DNA from: a virus
Taxonomy: Duplodnaviria > Caudoviricetes
Reading direction: 5' to 3' (one strand)
Virus record (IMG/VR): IMGVR_UViG_3300020568_000017
Location: 1-29,927 of that record
DNA: 29,927 nt
A program made the translations under genes and the position numbers. This document shows positions 1 to 9,294 of this stretch, piece after piece. Each line of letters starts with the position of its first letter. Position 1 is the stretch's first letter. The notes beneath the pieces are model-generated. The model worked only from the letters and a program-made list of their open reading frames with translations. It did no database searches and was not told where the DNA came from.

Positions 1-97
1 CCACGAGCTTGTCATCGCTCGGGTCGGTGCTCGCGAGCCGCTCCCGCACCGCTGCCCGCAGTTCATCGTTCGCTCTCTCCAAGATCGCCGCCGTCAT
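1..97 (-). CDS. Hypothetical protein, 5' part only (MTAAILERANDELRAAVRERL...), runs off the window
   Basis: ATG at 97 overlaps the TGA of the upstream gene (ATGA coupling); frame is open to the window edge. Confidence 0.6.
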   Translation of the reverse strand, partial: MTAAILERANDELRAAVRERLASTDPSDDKLV

Positions 98-1281
98 GTC
101 GTTTCCTTTCGTGGCCCTGCCACATGCGTCGCAATCATCCCGCCGTCGTTGGCGTAGATGAAAGTCTCCATCGCTTGTCTAGCGTTCAGAAATCCCAGGC
201 TCGCATGCCAATCATCCGCAACGCAGAGCGAGGGTGCAGTTCGCACGAGCACGCCGTCGATCGTCTCGATCGGTCGCGACCACTCGGCAGCGGTCGAGTG
301 GTAATGCCCGGTGTGGTACTCGCGGTACGGGCACGCCGCCCACTGCGACGCCGCCTCGATCGCCATGAGTTGCGGGAGCTTCTTCTTCGCCCGATGCCCG
401 TGGGCGAAGCCCAGCAGGTTCCGCCCGTGCGAGAGGTACTTCCGCCCCGTGTAGCGTTCGTCGATCGTGATCCGCTTGTCGTTGCGGTATCGCTCCAGCA
501 AGAGCCGATGGAAGACCCACGAGAGCGTCTCGTCGTGGTTGCCATGCACGAGCACCACATCGGTCGGCACCGTCTCGGCGGATCGCTCCACGATCCCGAG
601 CAACGTCGCCACGCCGACATCGAGCATCTTCTGCAATCGCCCGTCGCGTTCGAGCAGCGTGCCGCTGGAGGTCTCGGCACGCTCGGCTCGGTCGTAATGA
701 AACAGATCCCCGAGGAAGGCGATCGTGCGGCGGGTGGGATTGTGGGAATCTCCCACCGCTAGGAGCTCGTGCCCAGTGTCGCGAACCACCCGCTCCGCGA
801 TCGAGAGATCCCAATCGGCTCCCGTGGTCGCCTTCCAACTGTAGTTCCCAAAATGGGTATCTGAAACGACCAGCACTTGCCAGAGCCCTGGCTTCGGCTT
901 GCCGTGCCCCTTGCTCGCCGGGCGGCGGATGTCGCGTGTCGCCGCCCCGATCATCGCCTCGACCGCCTGGGCGACGTTCGGCCCCGCTTTCGGTCGCAGC
1001 CTGACGAACACGCGATGGAGTTCAGTGACGGTCGTGCCGCCCTCGCCGTCGCTCGTGCCGACCTCCCACTTCGTCGCCTCGCTCGCGGCGACTTCGTAGC
1101 GGGTCATGTCCGCCTCGATGTGGGCGAGCAGATCCTCGACGGTCTTGATCCGCCGGCTCGTGGAGCGGGCTTCGAGCGTGTCGCCCTCTTGCCGCTGCGT
1201 CACCTGTTCCGCCGTGGCCGGCGGGCTGGGTGCGGGCAGGCTCGACACGACCGCCGCTTTCAATCCTGTTTTGCCAGCCAT
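94..1281 (-). CDS. Calcineurin-like metallophosphoesterase with N-terminal extension
   Basis: Motifs SDTHFG, GDLFH, GNHD, AHGH, GHYH in the canonical order; start taken as MAGKTG at 1281. Confidence 0.85.
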   Translation of the reverse strand: MAGKTGLKAAVVSSLPAPSPPATAEQVTQRQEGDTLEARSTSRRIKTVEDLLAHIEADMTRYEVAASEATKWEVGTSDGEGGTTVTELHRVFVRLRPKAGPNVAQAVEAMIGAATRDIRRPASKGHGKPKPGLWQVLVVSDTHFGNYSWKATTGADWDLSIAERVVRDTGHELLAVGDSHNPTRRTIAFLGDLFHYDRAERAETSSGTLLERDGRLQKMLDVGVATLLGIVERSAETVPTDVVLVHGNHDETLSWVFHRLLLERYRNDKRITIDERYTGRKYLSHGRNLLGFAHGHRAKKKLPQLMAIEAASQWAACPYREYHTGHYHSTAAEWSRPIETIDGVLVRTAPSLCVADDWHASLGFLNARQAMETFIYANDGGMIATHVAGPRKETT

Positions 1282-1511
1282 TCGCGTACCCCACAGAAGC
1301 CGCAGATCGTGATGCCGCGTTCTTTGCAGTTCGCCACGATCGCGGCGGCGAGCCCGCGACCCGAGGCTTGGATGGTTCCGGCGTGCCACTCGCGGCGGAT
1401 CGAGAGCAGTTCCTCGCGAACGTCGGCGGGCAGGCGGTCGATCCACCGGGCGGGCTGCCGGCGAGGCGTGGGAGAAGCCGTCGCGAGGATTGCAAAGCGG
1501 AGATCACTCAC
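1260..1511 (-). CDS. Small hypothetical protein (possible helical DNA-binding protein)
   Basis: 83 aa; overlaps both neighbours as expected in a phage operon. Confidence 0.6.
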   Translation of the reverse strand: MSDLRFAILATASPTPRRQPARWIDRLPADVREELLSIRREWHAGTIQASGRGLAAAIVANCKERGITICGFCGVREWLAKQD

Positions 1512-1788
1512 GCGGCACCTCCCTATACCCGAGCATGGTCAACACCCGCCGCTGCACGCGGGCGAGTTCAGTCACCGCCTCCTCACTGATGCTCGGGCCG
1601 AGCACCGCGTGGGCGATCTCGTGGAGCACCGTCTCCATTTTCTGCGAGCCCCGGCAGCGATCGTCGATGAGGATTCGCGGGCTGGTCGCGTTGTCGAAAA
1701 ACGTCCAGCCCATCGCGGCGCCCTTCAACCGGGTGAACCGCAGGAGCCAACGCTTGCCGTCGATCGTGATGTGATGATCTTCAGCCAC
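1504..1788 (-). CDS. Small zincin-like metallopeptidase (HExxH)
   Basis: ETVLHEIAHA motif followed by a downstream Glu (SEEAV); start may be GTG 1788 or TTG 1794. Confidence 0.7.
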   Translation of the reverse strand: MAEDHHITIDGKRWLLRFTRLKGAAMGWTFFDNATSPRILIDDRCRGSQKMETVLHEIAHAVLGPSISEEAVTELARVQRRVLTMLGYREVPRE

Positions 1789-1823
1789 GGGCAACCCTTT
1801 CGCCCGTCAGTGTCGCGGGGCTG

Positions 1824-2126
1824 TCAACCGATGCCGAACTTGCGGCCCAACTGGGTCAGCCGCTCTTGCCGCTTCTTGCACCCGCAGTCCTTCACGCCCA
1901 CTACGGCGGCGACCGCTTGGGCTCGTTCCTTCGTGATGCCAACCGCAGCGAGCCCGGCGGCCACCATGTCACCCAGGCCAGGCTTGGCCCGCGGGTACGC
2001 CGGGTGTGTCTCGTCTACCGTGATCTGGTCGCCGTCTTGGGTGACGATGCAGGGCCGTACCTCGTCGAGCGTGTAGCCACGCTGGCGGCATCGGGCCTCA
2101 AGGTGGCGCATGCGGCAGCGGATCAT
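1824..2126 (-). CDS. Conserved phage protein with GLGD...CGC..R motif
   Basis: PGLGDMV...KDCGCKKRQERL; ATGA overlap with the upstream gene. Confidence 0.7.
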   Translation of the reverse strand: MIRCRMRHLEARCRQRGYTLDEVRPCIVTQDGDQITVDETHPAYPRAKPGLGDMVAAGLAAVGITKERAQAVAAVVGVKDCGCKKRQERLTQLGRKFGIG

Positions 2127-2524
2127 GGCAGCGGGTTGCAGGGATAGATATCTACTGTTTGACCCGTGCACAATAGTGACACAAAGAAATCTTCTAACGT
2201 TATGCTGGTCGGCTCTGCCTCCCCATCAACTCCACCGCAGCAATCGCCAAGAACACGAAGCGTAAACCCAAAACCCAGGGTAGCAAGACTGATTTCTACT
2301 CGCGCGTTTGCATATCCAGCGTTTTCTATTTCTGAAAGCACATTGGCGTTTTGTATTTCTTGCTGTAAAGCAGCAATGTCAGCATCGCGGCTTTCTTCTG
2401 TTGCATTGCTATTGCTGCAGAACAAAAACCCAACGCGACAATCTTGGCAGCAGCACGCCTGCTCCGTGCCGACCTTGCCGTCACGCAGCACGACCTTGCC
2501 GTCTTGAATCGTGATGAGCGTCAT
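2123..2524 (-). CDS. Cys-rich tail-tip associated protein with a variable AT-rich core
   Basis: N-term GKVGTEQACCC, C-term CNPLP; last gene of the tail cluster; ATGA couplings on both sides. Confidence 0.65.
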   Translation of the reverse strand: MTLITIQDGKVVLRDGKVGTEQACCCQDCRVGFLFCSNSNATEESRDADIAALQQEIQNANVLSEIENAGYANARVEISLATLGFGFTLRVLGDCCGGVDGEAEPTSITLEDFFVSLLCTGQTVDIYPCNPLP

Positions 2525-2940
2525 GGGCTAGAGGTTGCCGTGGCGCAGGTCGTGATCGAGAACCATTGAATGATTCCCCCGCTATCCTTGCCCAACACCT
2601 GCTGCTCAAGGGCTACATAGTCAGGCTGGAGAGCCAAGTTCGCCGACACCAAATGCCATGTGCCGCGATGGAGAGCCGCCCAGCCCTGCCCCACGTTGAC
2701 GCCAGCAAACGTGTTTTTTGCTACGGCAGTAATCGAGGAATCAACGAACTCAATCGTGCTCGTGCTGTTCGCTGGCCACTCGCCCGACCACTGCACGTAC
2801 CGCACCCGCTTGCCCGCTTCGGGCTGTACCTTGCCGAATGTCAGCGGTGCCCCGTCGCGATTGCCGCCCTCGACCTGACGCACGACGGCAGCGATCCGCT
2901 CGGCGGCACCGCGAGTGAAATCGACGCGGGCGGTACTCAC
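2521..2940 (-). CDS. Putative tail-tip/minor tail protein (MSTARVDFTRGAAERIAAVVR...)
   Basis: GTG at 2940 overlaps the TAG of the upstream gene, GGAGGAG SD upstream; position downstream of tape measure. Confidence 0.65.
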   Translation of the reverse strand: MSTARVDFTRGAAERIAAVVRQVEGGNRDGAPLTFGKVQPEAGKRVRYVQWSGEWPANSTSTIEFVDSSITAVAKNTFAGVNVGQGWAALHRGTWHLVSANLALQPDYVALEQQVLGKDSGGIIQWFSITTCATATSSP

Positions 2941-3308
2941 TACTCCTCCAAGATCTGGAGGAGCAGCCGCGAGTCGGGAGCGTTCGCCTGGGCGGCGTAG
3001 TTGCCCGCCGCGAGCCGCAACACGGCGGCATCGCCCGGCTTCAGCCGCACCGTCTCGAAGAGCGTCGTGCCGCTGACCCGGCCGAACGAGATCGTATGCG
3101 TGCCAGCGGTCGCCAGCGACCGAGCGAAGCACAGCCCGAGGGCCGACGCCGACGCCGTGGTGATCGCCTGGGTGCTCGTGCCGACGTTGAGCGTCAGGGC
3201 CAGAAGCCCCGTCGCAGAGAAGTCGCTCGTGATGTTCGACGCGTTGAGGTTTTGGTTTAACGCCCCGGCGTTGACGTTCACGTTCACGCTGTAGCTGATG
3301 TCTGCCAT
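2940..3308 (-). CDS. Putative minor tail/virion protein (beta-rich, MADISYSVNV...)
   Basis: TAGGAG SD before ATG 3308; Ala/Thr/Ser/Asn-rich beta pattern. Confidence 0.65.
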   Translation of the reverse strand: MADISYSVNVNVNAGALNQNLNASNITSDFSATGLLALTLNVGTSTQAITTASASALGLCFARSLATAGTHTISFGRVSGTTLFETVRLKPGDAAVLRLAAGNYAAQANAPDSRLLLQILEE

Positions 3309-3316
3309 GAGAACTC

Positions 3317-4186
3317 CTAGGACGGCGGCGTGCCAAAATACTGTGACATACTGATTCGCTTGTAGACGCGACGGGTCAGGATCGCGGGCAAGGTCGCGCC
3401 CGCTTGTTTGCCGCCGCTGCCGTCGAGGGCGATCGGATTCGCGGAGGCGACTTGCTCGCCGTCCGGCCCCTCGACATCGGCCCGCTTCTTTACACCACCG
3501 TCGATGTAGTTGAATCCCACATCGGGCAAGAGCAGGCTCCACCCGCTCTGACGGCAGAGCAGTTCGCTCGTGATCTTCCAGTACCGCACTTCCTGCCCGT
3601 TCACAGACTCGACCGCTTGCTCGCCCGAGATGCCCTGCACCTTCACGCCGTCTTGGGGGAAGCCGAGGTAGCTGCCGTCGTTGACGCAGTTCGTGACCGC
3701 CGCCGCGAGAGCCGACGGGAAGTTTTGTCGGTTGCTCTGGATCGTGACTTTCTGCTGGGCTTCATCGACGCTCAGCCCCTCGAAATAGTCGCCGGCCGAG
3801 TTCGTGAGCGGCTTCTGCGTTGAGCCGTCGTAGTAGTAGAGGGCGGGCACCGCGACGCCTTGGGTCTGAAACTTCCACACGTCGGGCCGCAGCCACGGCA
3901 AGAGGGCGATGTCTCGCTCGCTCGCCGCTGGCACCTTGTACCGGGCGATCGCCTCGTGCCAGTAGCGATTCTCCTCAAACGCTTCGTTGACCTCGACTTC
4001 GTAGCACAGGGCGAACGCGTACTCGGGGTGCGACGAACCGTGCGTGCAGCCGATCGCCGCGATCACCGTGCCCGCGTTCGTGTTCGGGTCGTTGAGCGTC
4101 GCGATAAATCGCCGCTCGAACTCGGGCGACGCCCCGATCAGATGCGTCGCGGTACGAGCCAGTTCTCGCCAAGAGTGAACGCTCAT
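3317..4186 (-). CDS. Putative distal tail/baseplate hub protein
   Basis: 289 aa immediately downstream of tape measure; function inferred from synteny only. Confidence 0.6.
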   Translation of the reverse strand: MSVHSWRELARTATHLIGASPEFERRFIATLNDPNTNAGTVIAAIGCTHGSSHPEYAFALCYEVEVNEAFEENRYWHEAIARYKVPAASERDIALLPWLRPDVWKFQTQGVAVPALYYYDGSTQKPLTNSAGDYFEGLSVDEAQQKVTIQSNRQNFPSALAAAVTNCVNDGSYLGFPQDGVKVQGISGEQAVESVNGQEVRYWKITSELLCRQSGWSLLLPDVGFNYIDGGVKKRADVEGPDGEQVASANPIALDGSGGKQAGATLPAILTRRVYKRISMSQYFGTPPS

Positions 4187-4188
4187 GG

Positions 4189-6606
4189 TCAGCCCGTCCC
4201 CGCGAGGATGTCAACCTTCTCGGCGTTCAACTTGGCGATCTCTTTCCGCATCGCCTGGAGTTCCTTCGTCTGGGCTTTTGCCTCCGCGATGGCGGGATCT
4301 TCCTTCAGCGTGTCGAAGAACGCGGAGATGCCGCCCGAGCGGATGTCGTTGATCTCGACCGAGCCAGTGCGGACGGTGGCGAGCTCTTCGGCGCGGGCGA
4401 GTTCGATCTGATATTGGCGGTCGCTGATCTTTGCCTGGGCGTCCGCGATCTGCTGGCTAACGCGTTCAAGTTCGCGTCGCTGATCTTCGGCTCGCCGCTC
4501 GGCCTCCTCGGCAATCCGCTCTGCTTCCTTGGCAGCGTCCTCTCGGGCTTTCTTGGCACCGCTCGCAATGTCGCCCTCGCGGGCCTCTACTTGATCGAGC
4601 GTCGCAAGCCGGGAGGCGAGGGCGTTGATTGCCTCGGTGTCCCCGGCGGCTCTGGCTGCCTGGAGTTGCTCCTCAACCCGCACGATCTCCTGCTGGATCT
4701 TGAGCAGATTGTCGGCCGCCCTCGCCCGGCTGGAGTCGCCGCCGAACTGCTCATCGACTCGGATCTGTTCGAGGTTCGCGTCGATGATGTCTTGCACTGC
4801 CTTGGCTTCCGCTTCAGCCCGCCGCTGGGCTTCTTCCGCGAGCCGCCTGTTCTCCTCTGCAACGCGGCGGGCCACGTCGATCTGCTTCTCAAACTCAGCG
4901 GTCGCGTTGGCAACGCCGCGAGCGTACTGCTCAGCGTTCAGTTCGCCGTCGTTCGCTTGCTCTTGCAAGTCAGCGAGGGCTTGCTCGAACTCGAACGCGG
5001 CATCGAAGCCAGCCTGACCGAACTCGCCAGCCTTGGCGATCGCGGAGTCGAGCCCCTTCTGCGAGTCTGCGAACGCCTTGTCGAGTGCCTTGACTTGCTC
5101 CGCTGTTCGCTCGACCGATTCAGCGGTCTTCTCTGTAGCTGCTGCGGTCTCTTCAGCGGTCGAGAAGAACGACCGGAAGAAGCCGATCGTACCGTTGACG
5201 GCATCGCCGAACGCCCCGAACACCGAGCCGACGGTACTGAGAATCGGCCCGAGCACGGTGCCAATGGTCTGGGCTACTACCGTGACGATGTTGATGAGTC
5301 CGCTAAATGCCGTTGCGATCCCTTCAACAAGCCCGACGAACGGCAGAAGCACCGACTGCCCGAGACCTTGAATCGCTACGCCGACTTGATCGAATGCAGC
5401 ACCCAGGCCGGAAAAAGCGGTGCGGTCGGTTTCGCTCAGTGCCGCCCCGAAAGTCTGGATGTCATCGGCGGCACCGCCCAACTCATTGAAGAACGGAAGC
5501 AACTGCACACCGCTGCGGCCAAACAAGGCTATCGCCGCCGCTGACCGCTGGGCAGGGTCTTCGATTGCAGCCAGACGCTCGCCGATCAAGTCGATCCGCT
5601 GTTGCTCCGAGAGTGCCCCGAAGTCTTGAACCGAAACGCCGAGCCGCTGCAACGCCGCCTGGGCTTTCTTGCTCTCTTCGTCTGCCCCCGCGAGCGTGTT
5701 CTGAAGCCGGGCGAACGAGCCGCTTAACTGCTCAATCGAAACGTCGGCTCGGCGGCCGGCTTCCTCCAGCACTTGCACGAACTCGAACGAGACGCCCAAC
5801 TGGGTCGCCAAGCGACTAAGCCGCTCGACGCGATCCTCCAGGGCAACCAAGCCACGCACGACTGCAACCGCCCCGGCGGCGAACGCCGTGATTCCAGCGA
5901 GGGCGAGCGTGAACGGGTTGACGAGAGCCGTGACCGACGAGGCGATGCTCGTGAGCCCAGTCTTCAGCCCGCCCGCGAACACCCGCGACAGCCCCTCGCT
6001 CGCACTCGCGATGCCCGAGATCCGGCCTGCGATGTTGCCCAGCGGGCCGGGCAGCACCGAGAACACCCCCGAGAGTTCGTTGAACTTGAGCGTCGTACTC
6101 TCGGCTGCGGTGTCGATTTCTTTCTGCTGCACCGCCAGCCCGCGAGCCGCACGCTCCGCGTCGGTCAGCCCCTTCGCGGCGTTCTCGGTCGCCCGGTTGT
6201 AGGTGTCTAGCGAGATCCGCCCGGCGTTTAGTTGCTCGTTCAGTTCTGCCTGGGTGCGGTCGAACCGCTCCAGCGGCAGGAGGTTCGCTTCGGTAATCCG
6301 GGCCGCACGCTCGAAGGCGGCGGCTTCTTTGTTCACCGCTTCAGTGAGTCGCTCGAAGCCGACCGCGAACTGCGTCGCAGCCCCGTCGCCACCATCGCGG
6401 AGCGTGTTGATGAGATCCTGCGACTCCTTCTCGAACCGAGCCTGGGCCGCCGCCGCCGCTTCGCTCTCGCCCGCGAACTTCGCGAACTGACTCGTCAGCT
6501 TGTCGGCTTGATCGCCCAGCCCCACAAGCGCACGCTGCACCGGATCGAGCTTCAGCCCGCTGGCGTCAGCCGTGACCCGCAACGCTAGTGAGAGGACGTT
6601 AGCCAT
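4189..6606 (-). CDS. Tail tape measure protein
   Basis: 805 aa, Ala/Glu/Gln-rich helical with central hydrophobic Gly-rich segments; follows the tail chaperones. Confidence 0.9.
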   Translation of the reverse strand: MANVLSLALRVTADASGLKLDPVQRALVGLGDQADKLTSQFAKFAGESEAAAAAQARFEKESQDLINTLRDGGDGAATQFAVGFERLTEAVNKEAAAFERAARITEANLLPLERFDRTQAELNEQLNAGRISLDTYNRATENAAKGLTDAERAARGLAVQQKEIDTAAESTTLKFNELSGVFSVLPGPLGNIAGRISGIASASEGLSRVFAGGLKTGLTSIASSVTALVNPFTLALAGITAFAAGAVAVVRGLVALEDRVERLSRLATQLGVSFEFVQVLEEAGRRADVSIEQLSGSFARLQNTLAGADEESKKAQAALQRLGVSVQDFGALSEQQRIDLIGERLAAIEDPAQRSAAAIALFGRSGVQLLPFFNELGGAADDIQTFGAALSETDRTAFSGLGAAFDQVGVAIQGLGQSVLLPFVGLVEGIATAFSGLINIVTVVAQTIGTVLGPILSTVGSVFGAFGDAVNGTIGFFRSFFSTAEETAAATEKTAESVERTAEQVKALDKAFADSQKGLDSAIAKAGEFGQAGFDAAFEFEQALADLQEQANDGELNAEQYARGVANATAEFEKQIDVARRVAEENRRLAEEAQRRAEAEAKAVQDIIDANLEQIRVDEQFGGDSSRARAADNLLKIQQEIVRVEEQLQAARAAGDTEAINALASRLATLDQVEAREGDIASGAKKAREDAAKEAERIAEEAERRAEDQRRELERVSQQIADAQAKISDRQYQIELARAEELATVRTGSVEINDIRSGGISAFFDTLKEDPAIAEAKAQTKELQAMRKEIAKLNAEKVDILAGTG

Positions 6607-6943
6607 TGTTCGCTTCGAGATCGCCGAGACCGAACTGCCGTCGCAACTCCAACAACGCCGCCATGTCCTGCGACTCGTGCTGCGGCGGCTTCTCTATCGG
6701 AATGAAATCCTCGGGCTTGGGTCGTTTCGAGTTCTTCCCGATGTGCGGAGCCAGGAGTGCCGTGACGATCAACGCCGTCTCCCGCCACGAGTCGGGCAAC
6801 GCCGAGTAGTAGCGGTTGTAGGCGATCCACTCAGAGAACTCGGCCGAATCCATTCGCGTGCCCAACTCACCGACGGTCATGTGTAAGTCGCGAGCGACCG
6901 CGAACATATACCGCCGGGTCGGGCTCGCGTTTAGCCTTTTCCC
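6599..6943 (-). CDS. Tail assembly chaperone, -1 frameshift extension (gpGT-like, DUF4035-like)
   Basis: -1 frame opens at GGGAAAA and reads RLNASPTRRYMFAVARDLHMTVGELGTRMDSAEFSEWIAY...KPEDFIP. Confidence 0.8.
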   Translation of the reverse strand, partial: GKRLNASPTRRYMFAVARDLHMTVGELGTRMDSAEFSEWIAYNRYYSALPDSWRETALIVTALLAPHIGKNSKRPKPEDFIPIEKPPQHESQDMAALLELRRQFGLGDLEANNG

Positions 6944-7275
6944 AACTCCTGCACATCCTCCTCTGTCATCCGGTTGTGCTTCATCGCTTCGTCGAACAGC
7001 CGACCCATCACCGCACCGCTCTTGCTCGCGAGCTTGTCGATCTGGTCGCGAGTGAACAGGAGCTTGCCGGCCTCGTCGCACAGCACGCCCGCGAGGTACT
7101 GCGTGCGGAAGTTCTCGATGCCGGTTTCCTTCTTGCCGATCCACTTCCGCTCATACGAGTCACGCTCGCCCACGCTCATGACGCGGATGAAGACATCGCC
7201 GCCCCACTCGGGGACAGGAACCCGCTTCAGTCCGAGATCATCCGCCGCGAGAATCTGATCTGCCGTCAGTGCCAT
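6931..7275 (-). CDS. Tail assembly chaperone (gpG-like)
   Basis: LTADQILAADD...VPVPEWGGDVFIRVMSVGERD pattern; ends ELGKG* at the slippery site. Confidence 0.85.
   Translation of the reverse strand: MALTADQILAADDLGLKRVPVPEWGGDVFIRVMSVGERDSYERKWIGKKETGIENFRTQYLAGVLCDEAGKLLFTRDQIDKLASKSGAVMGRLFDEAMKHNRMTEEDVQELGKG
6937..6943 (-). promoter_or_regulatory. Programmed -1 ribosomal frameshift site G GGA AAA
   Basis: X XXY YYZ heptamer in frame near the chaperone stop; frame arithmetic links to the ORF ending at 6599. Confidence 0.85.
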
Positions 7276-7288
7276 CTGTCACGATCTC

Positions 7289-7651
7289 CTAGGGATTAGT
7301 CGGAGCCCCGACCGTATCCTGCACTCTAAAAGTGAAGGCAAGCCGCACGACCTCATTCGCGACGGCTTCGATCCGCTGGTCTTCGTAGATGCAATCTGAA
7401 TCGAAGAACGTGACCAGCGTTCCCGCCGACGCGGTGCGACCCGAGAACGTCAACCGCTTCCGCCGCCCGTACTCGCTCACGGGCAGATGAGCGGTCGAGA
7501 ATCCAGCCAGCCGCAACGTGCCCAGGCTCGGCGTCCACGTCGTGATGCGCCCGAGCGGCAGCCCGCGAGCGGCGTCTAGGTCAAACGCCTGCACCTCTTG
7601 GAGCGACTGACCGCCCCAGGTGATCGTGAACCCCTGACATGGAATCGCCAT
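7289..7651 (-). CDS. Putative tail tube-like protein 2
   Basis: 120 aa beta-rich ORF between the putative tube gene and the chaperone. Confidence 0.55.
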   Translation of the reverse strand: MAIPCQGFTITWGGQSLQEVQAFDLDAARGLPLGRITTWTPSLGTLRLAGFSTAHLPVSEYGRRKRLTFSGRTASAGTLVTFFDSDCIYEDQRIEAVANEVVRLAFTFRVQDTVGAPTNP

Positions 7652-7669
7652 GACGGCACCCCGTCATGA

Positions 7670-8101
7670 CTAGCGGGCAACCGTGATGACGCCCTGGCCC
7701 CGGATCGCGTCGTTCGTCGCCAGCGTCAGGGTCGAGCTCTGCACGGTGTGGTAGCTCGCCGTGGTGCCACCGACCAGCGTCACGCCCGCAACCTGAATGT
7801 GATACGTGCCGGTCGCCCCGTCCGAGATGACGATCTTGCCGATGTAGTCGAACGTGATCTGCCGACCCGAACCGCCGTCCTCGGCAGGCACCACGAGCGG
7901 CGGCGTCAGCCGAGCCGCCAGTTCGCCCGTTGACTGCCCGAGGTGGGCAACGTCCACCAGCGCATCGGCACCCGCGCCGGGATTGCTGTTCGAGATCACG
8001 ATGTTGCTCACGACGTAAGTCGAGGAAACACCGTTGAGCGTGAGCGTGAGCTTCGTCCCACTGCCGGAAACCGAGGTATCGTGCGGGGTCGAGAATGACA
8101 C
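7670..8101 (-). CDS. Putative major tail (tube) protein
   Basis: 143 aa, Thr/Ser/Gly-rich beta protein directly after the tail terminator. Confidence 0.6.
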   Translation of the reverse strand: MSFSTPHDTSVSGSGTKLTLTLNGVSSTYVVSNIVISNSNPGAGADALVDVAHLGQSTGELAARLTPPLVVPAEDGGSGRQITFDYIGKIVISDGATGTYHIQVAGVTLVGGTTASYHTVQSSTLTLATNDAIRGQGVITVAR

Positions 8102-8104
8102 GGG

Positions 8105-8524
8105 CTAGATCTCCTGCCAGAGAATGGTGTAGGTCTGCGTCACGCTGTAGACGGCGGGCAACTCGCCGCCGGCCAACTGCACGAACCCGTCGCTCTCACT
8201 GAGCAGCGACACGTTCCTGACTGAAATCCAGTTTCCCAGCGTGCCGCCGAAACCATCCAGTACCGCCCGGCAGCGGTCTGCCAGTTCCCTTACTCCCTCG
8301 TAGGTCGTGGCGTACATATCCACGGCCAGCGTCACGGTAGCGATCCCAGCCGGGCCGGATAGGGTGGCTTCCCGCTGCACCGCCTGCCGCCGCCAAGTGA
8401 CGAACGGGATCGCCGCCGAGGCAGGGGCGATGACGGGGTACACCCGGTCGCCCACGATCTCCGCGACGGCGGGGGCGGCGACCAGGGCATCGCCGATGAG
8501 ACGTTCGGGGGATTTGACGCTCAT
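8105..8524 (-). CDS. Tail terminator/completion protein (DUF3168-like)
   Basis: VAEIVGDRVYPVIAP...PFVTW...VDMYA pattern; synteny. Confidence 0.8.
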   Translation of the reverse strand: MSVKSPERLIGDALVAAPAVAEIVGDRVYPVIAPASAAIPFVTWRRQAVQREATLSGPAGIATVTLAVDMYATTYEGVRELADRCRAVLDGFGGTLGNWISVRNVSLLSESDGFVQLAGGELPAVYSVTQTYTILWQEI

Positions 8525-9294
8525 TAGTCGATAGCCCCCGTGACGGATTGCGAGAGCGTGCTGATCGCTTGCTCCAGTGACAGCCGCAGCTCCCGCTGAA
8601 GGATCTCGGCGACGGTCGCCTGCGTGCGATCCCAGGCAGTCTTCAGCGGGGGTTGCCCGGTGCTGCCGCCCGCCGGCATCGCAGGGATCGTGATCGGGGT
8701 TTTGCTCTTCCGAAAAAACGCTCCTGGGTAGCCCGGCTTTGTTTGCACTCGGCTCCGCTCGCCCTTCGTAGGCTTCTCCATCGTGAACTTGCCAAGCCTG
8801 TTGAAGCTCGATGCGATGTAGCCACCTTGCCTCGCGACGGGGTGCGTCTGCACTTGCGTCACCGTGCCCGACTTCGTGGTTCGCTTGTGCGACTTTCGCG
8901 TGTAGGGCTTGTCGGCAGGCTTGCTGATCGTCCGCGCGTCGGTGCCTTCTTCTAGCCAGTATTGGTGTCGCGCGCGGTCTGGCCCCTTTCGCACGCTGCC
9001 GCCGGCTGCACTCTCCGAATCAGCCCTCGCCGCCCGGCGAAAGCCAAGCAGGGCGACAGCAACGCCGTCATCGCGATAGACCACGTACTTCGTCTTGATC
9101 GCTCGCCGCAGGTTGCCCGTCGGCCCGAGCGGGGTCGTTTCCTTGAGAGCCAACTCTGCCGGAAGCATCGCCTTCTGCAACGCGGCCCGCAGGATCACGA
9201 CCGACCGCTGCCTGCCGAACACTTGCCCGATGTCCTTCTGGAGTTGCCCCAAACCGGCAAGCTCGGCCGAGAGTTCAATGCGTCCTAGTGCCAT
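8524..9294 (-). CDS. HK97 gp10-like neck/tail protein with a basic insertion
   Basis: TPLGPTGNLRRAI, YWLEEGT, PPLKTAWD motifs. Confidence 0.75.
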   Translation of the reverse strand: MALGRIELSAELAGLGQLQKDIGQVFGRQRSVVILRAALQKAMLPAELALKETTPLGPTGNLRRAIKTKYVVYRDDGVAVALLGFRRAARADSESAAGGSVRKGPDRARHQYWLEEGTDARTISKPADKPYTRKSHKRTTKSGTVTQVQTHPVARQGGYIASSFNRLGKFTMEKPTKGERSRVQTKPGYPGAFFRKSKTPITIPAMPAGGSTGQPPLKTAWDRTQATVAEILQRELRLSLEQAISTLSQSVTGAID

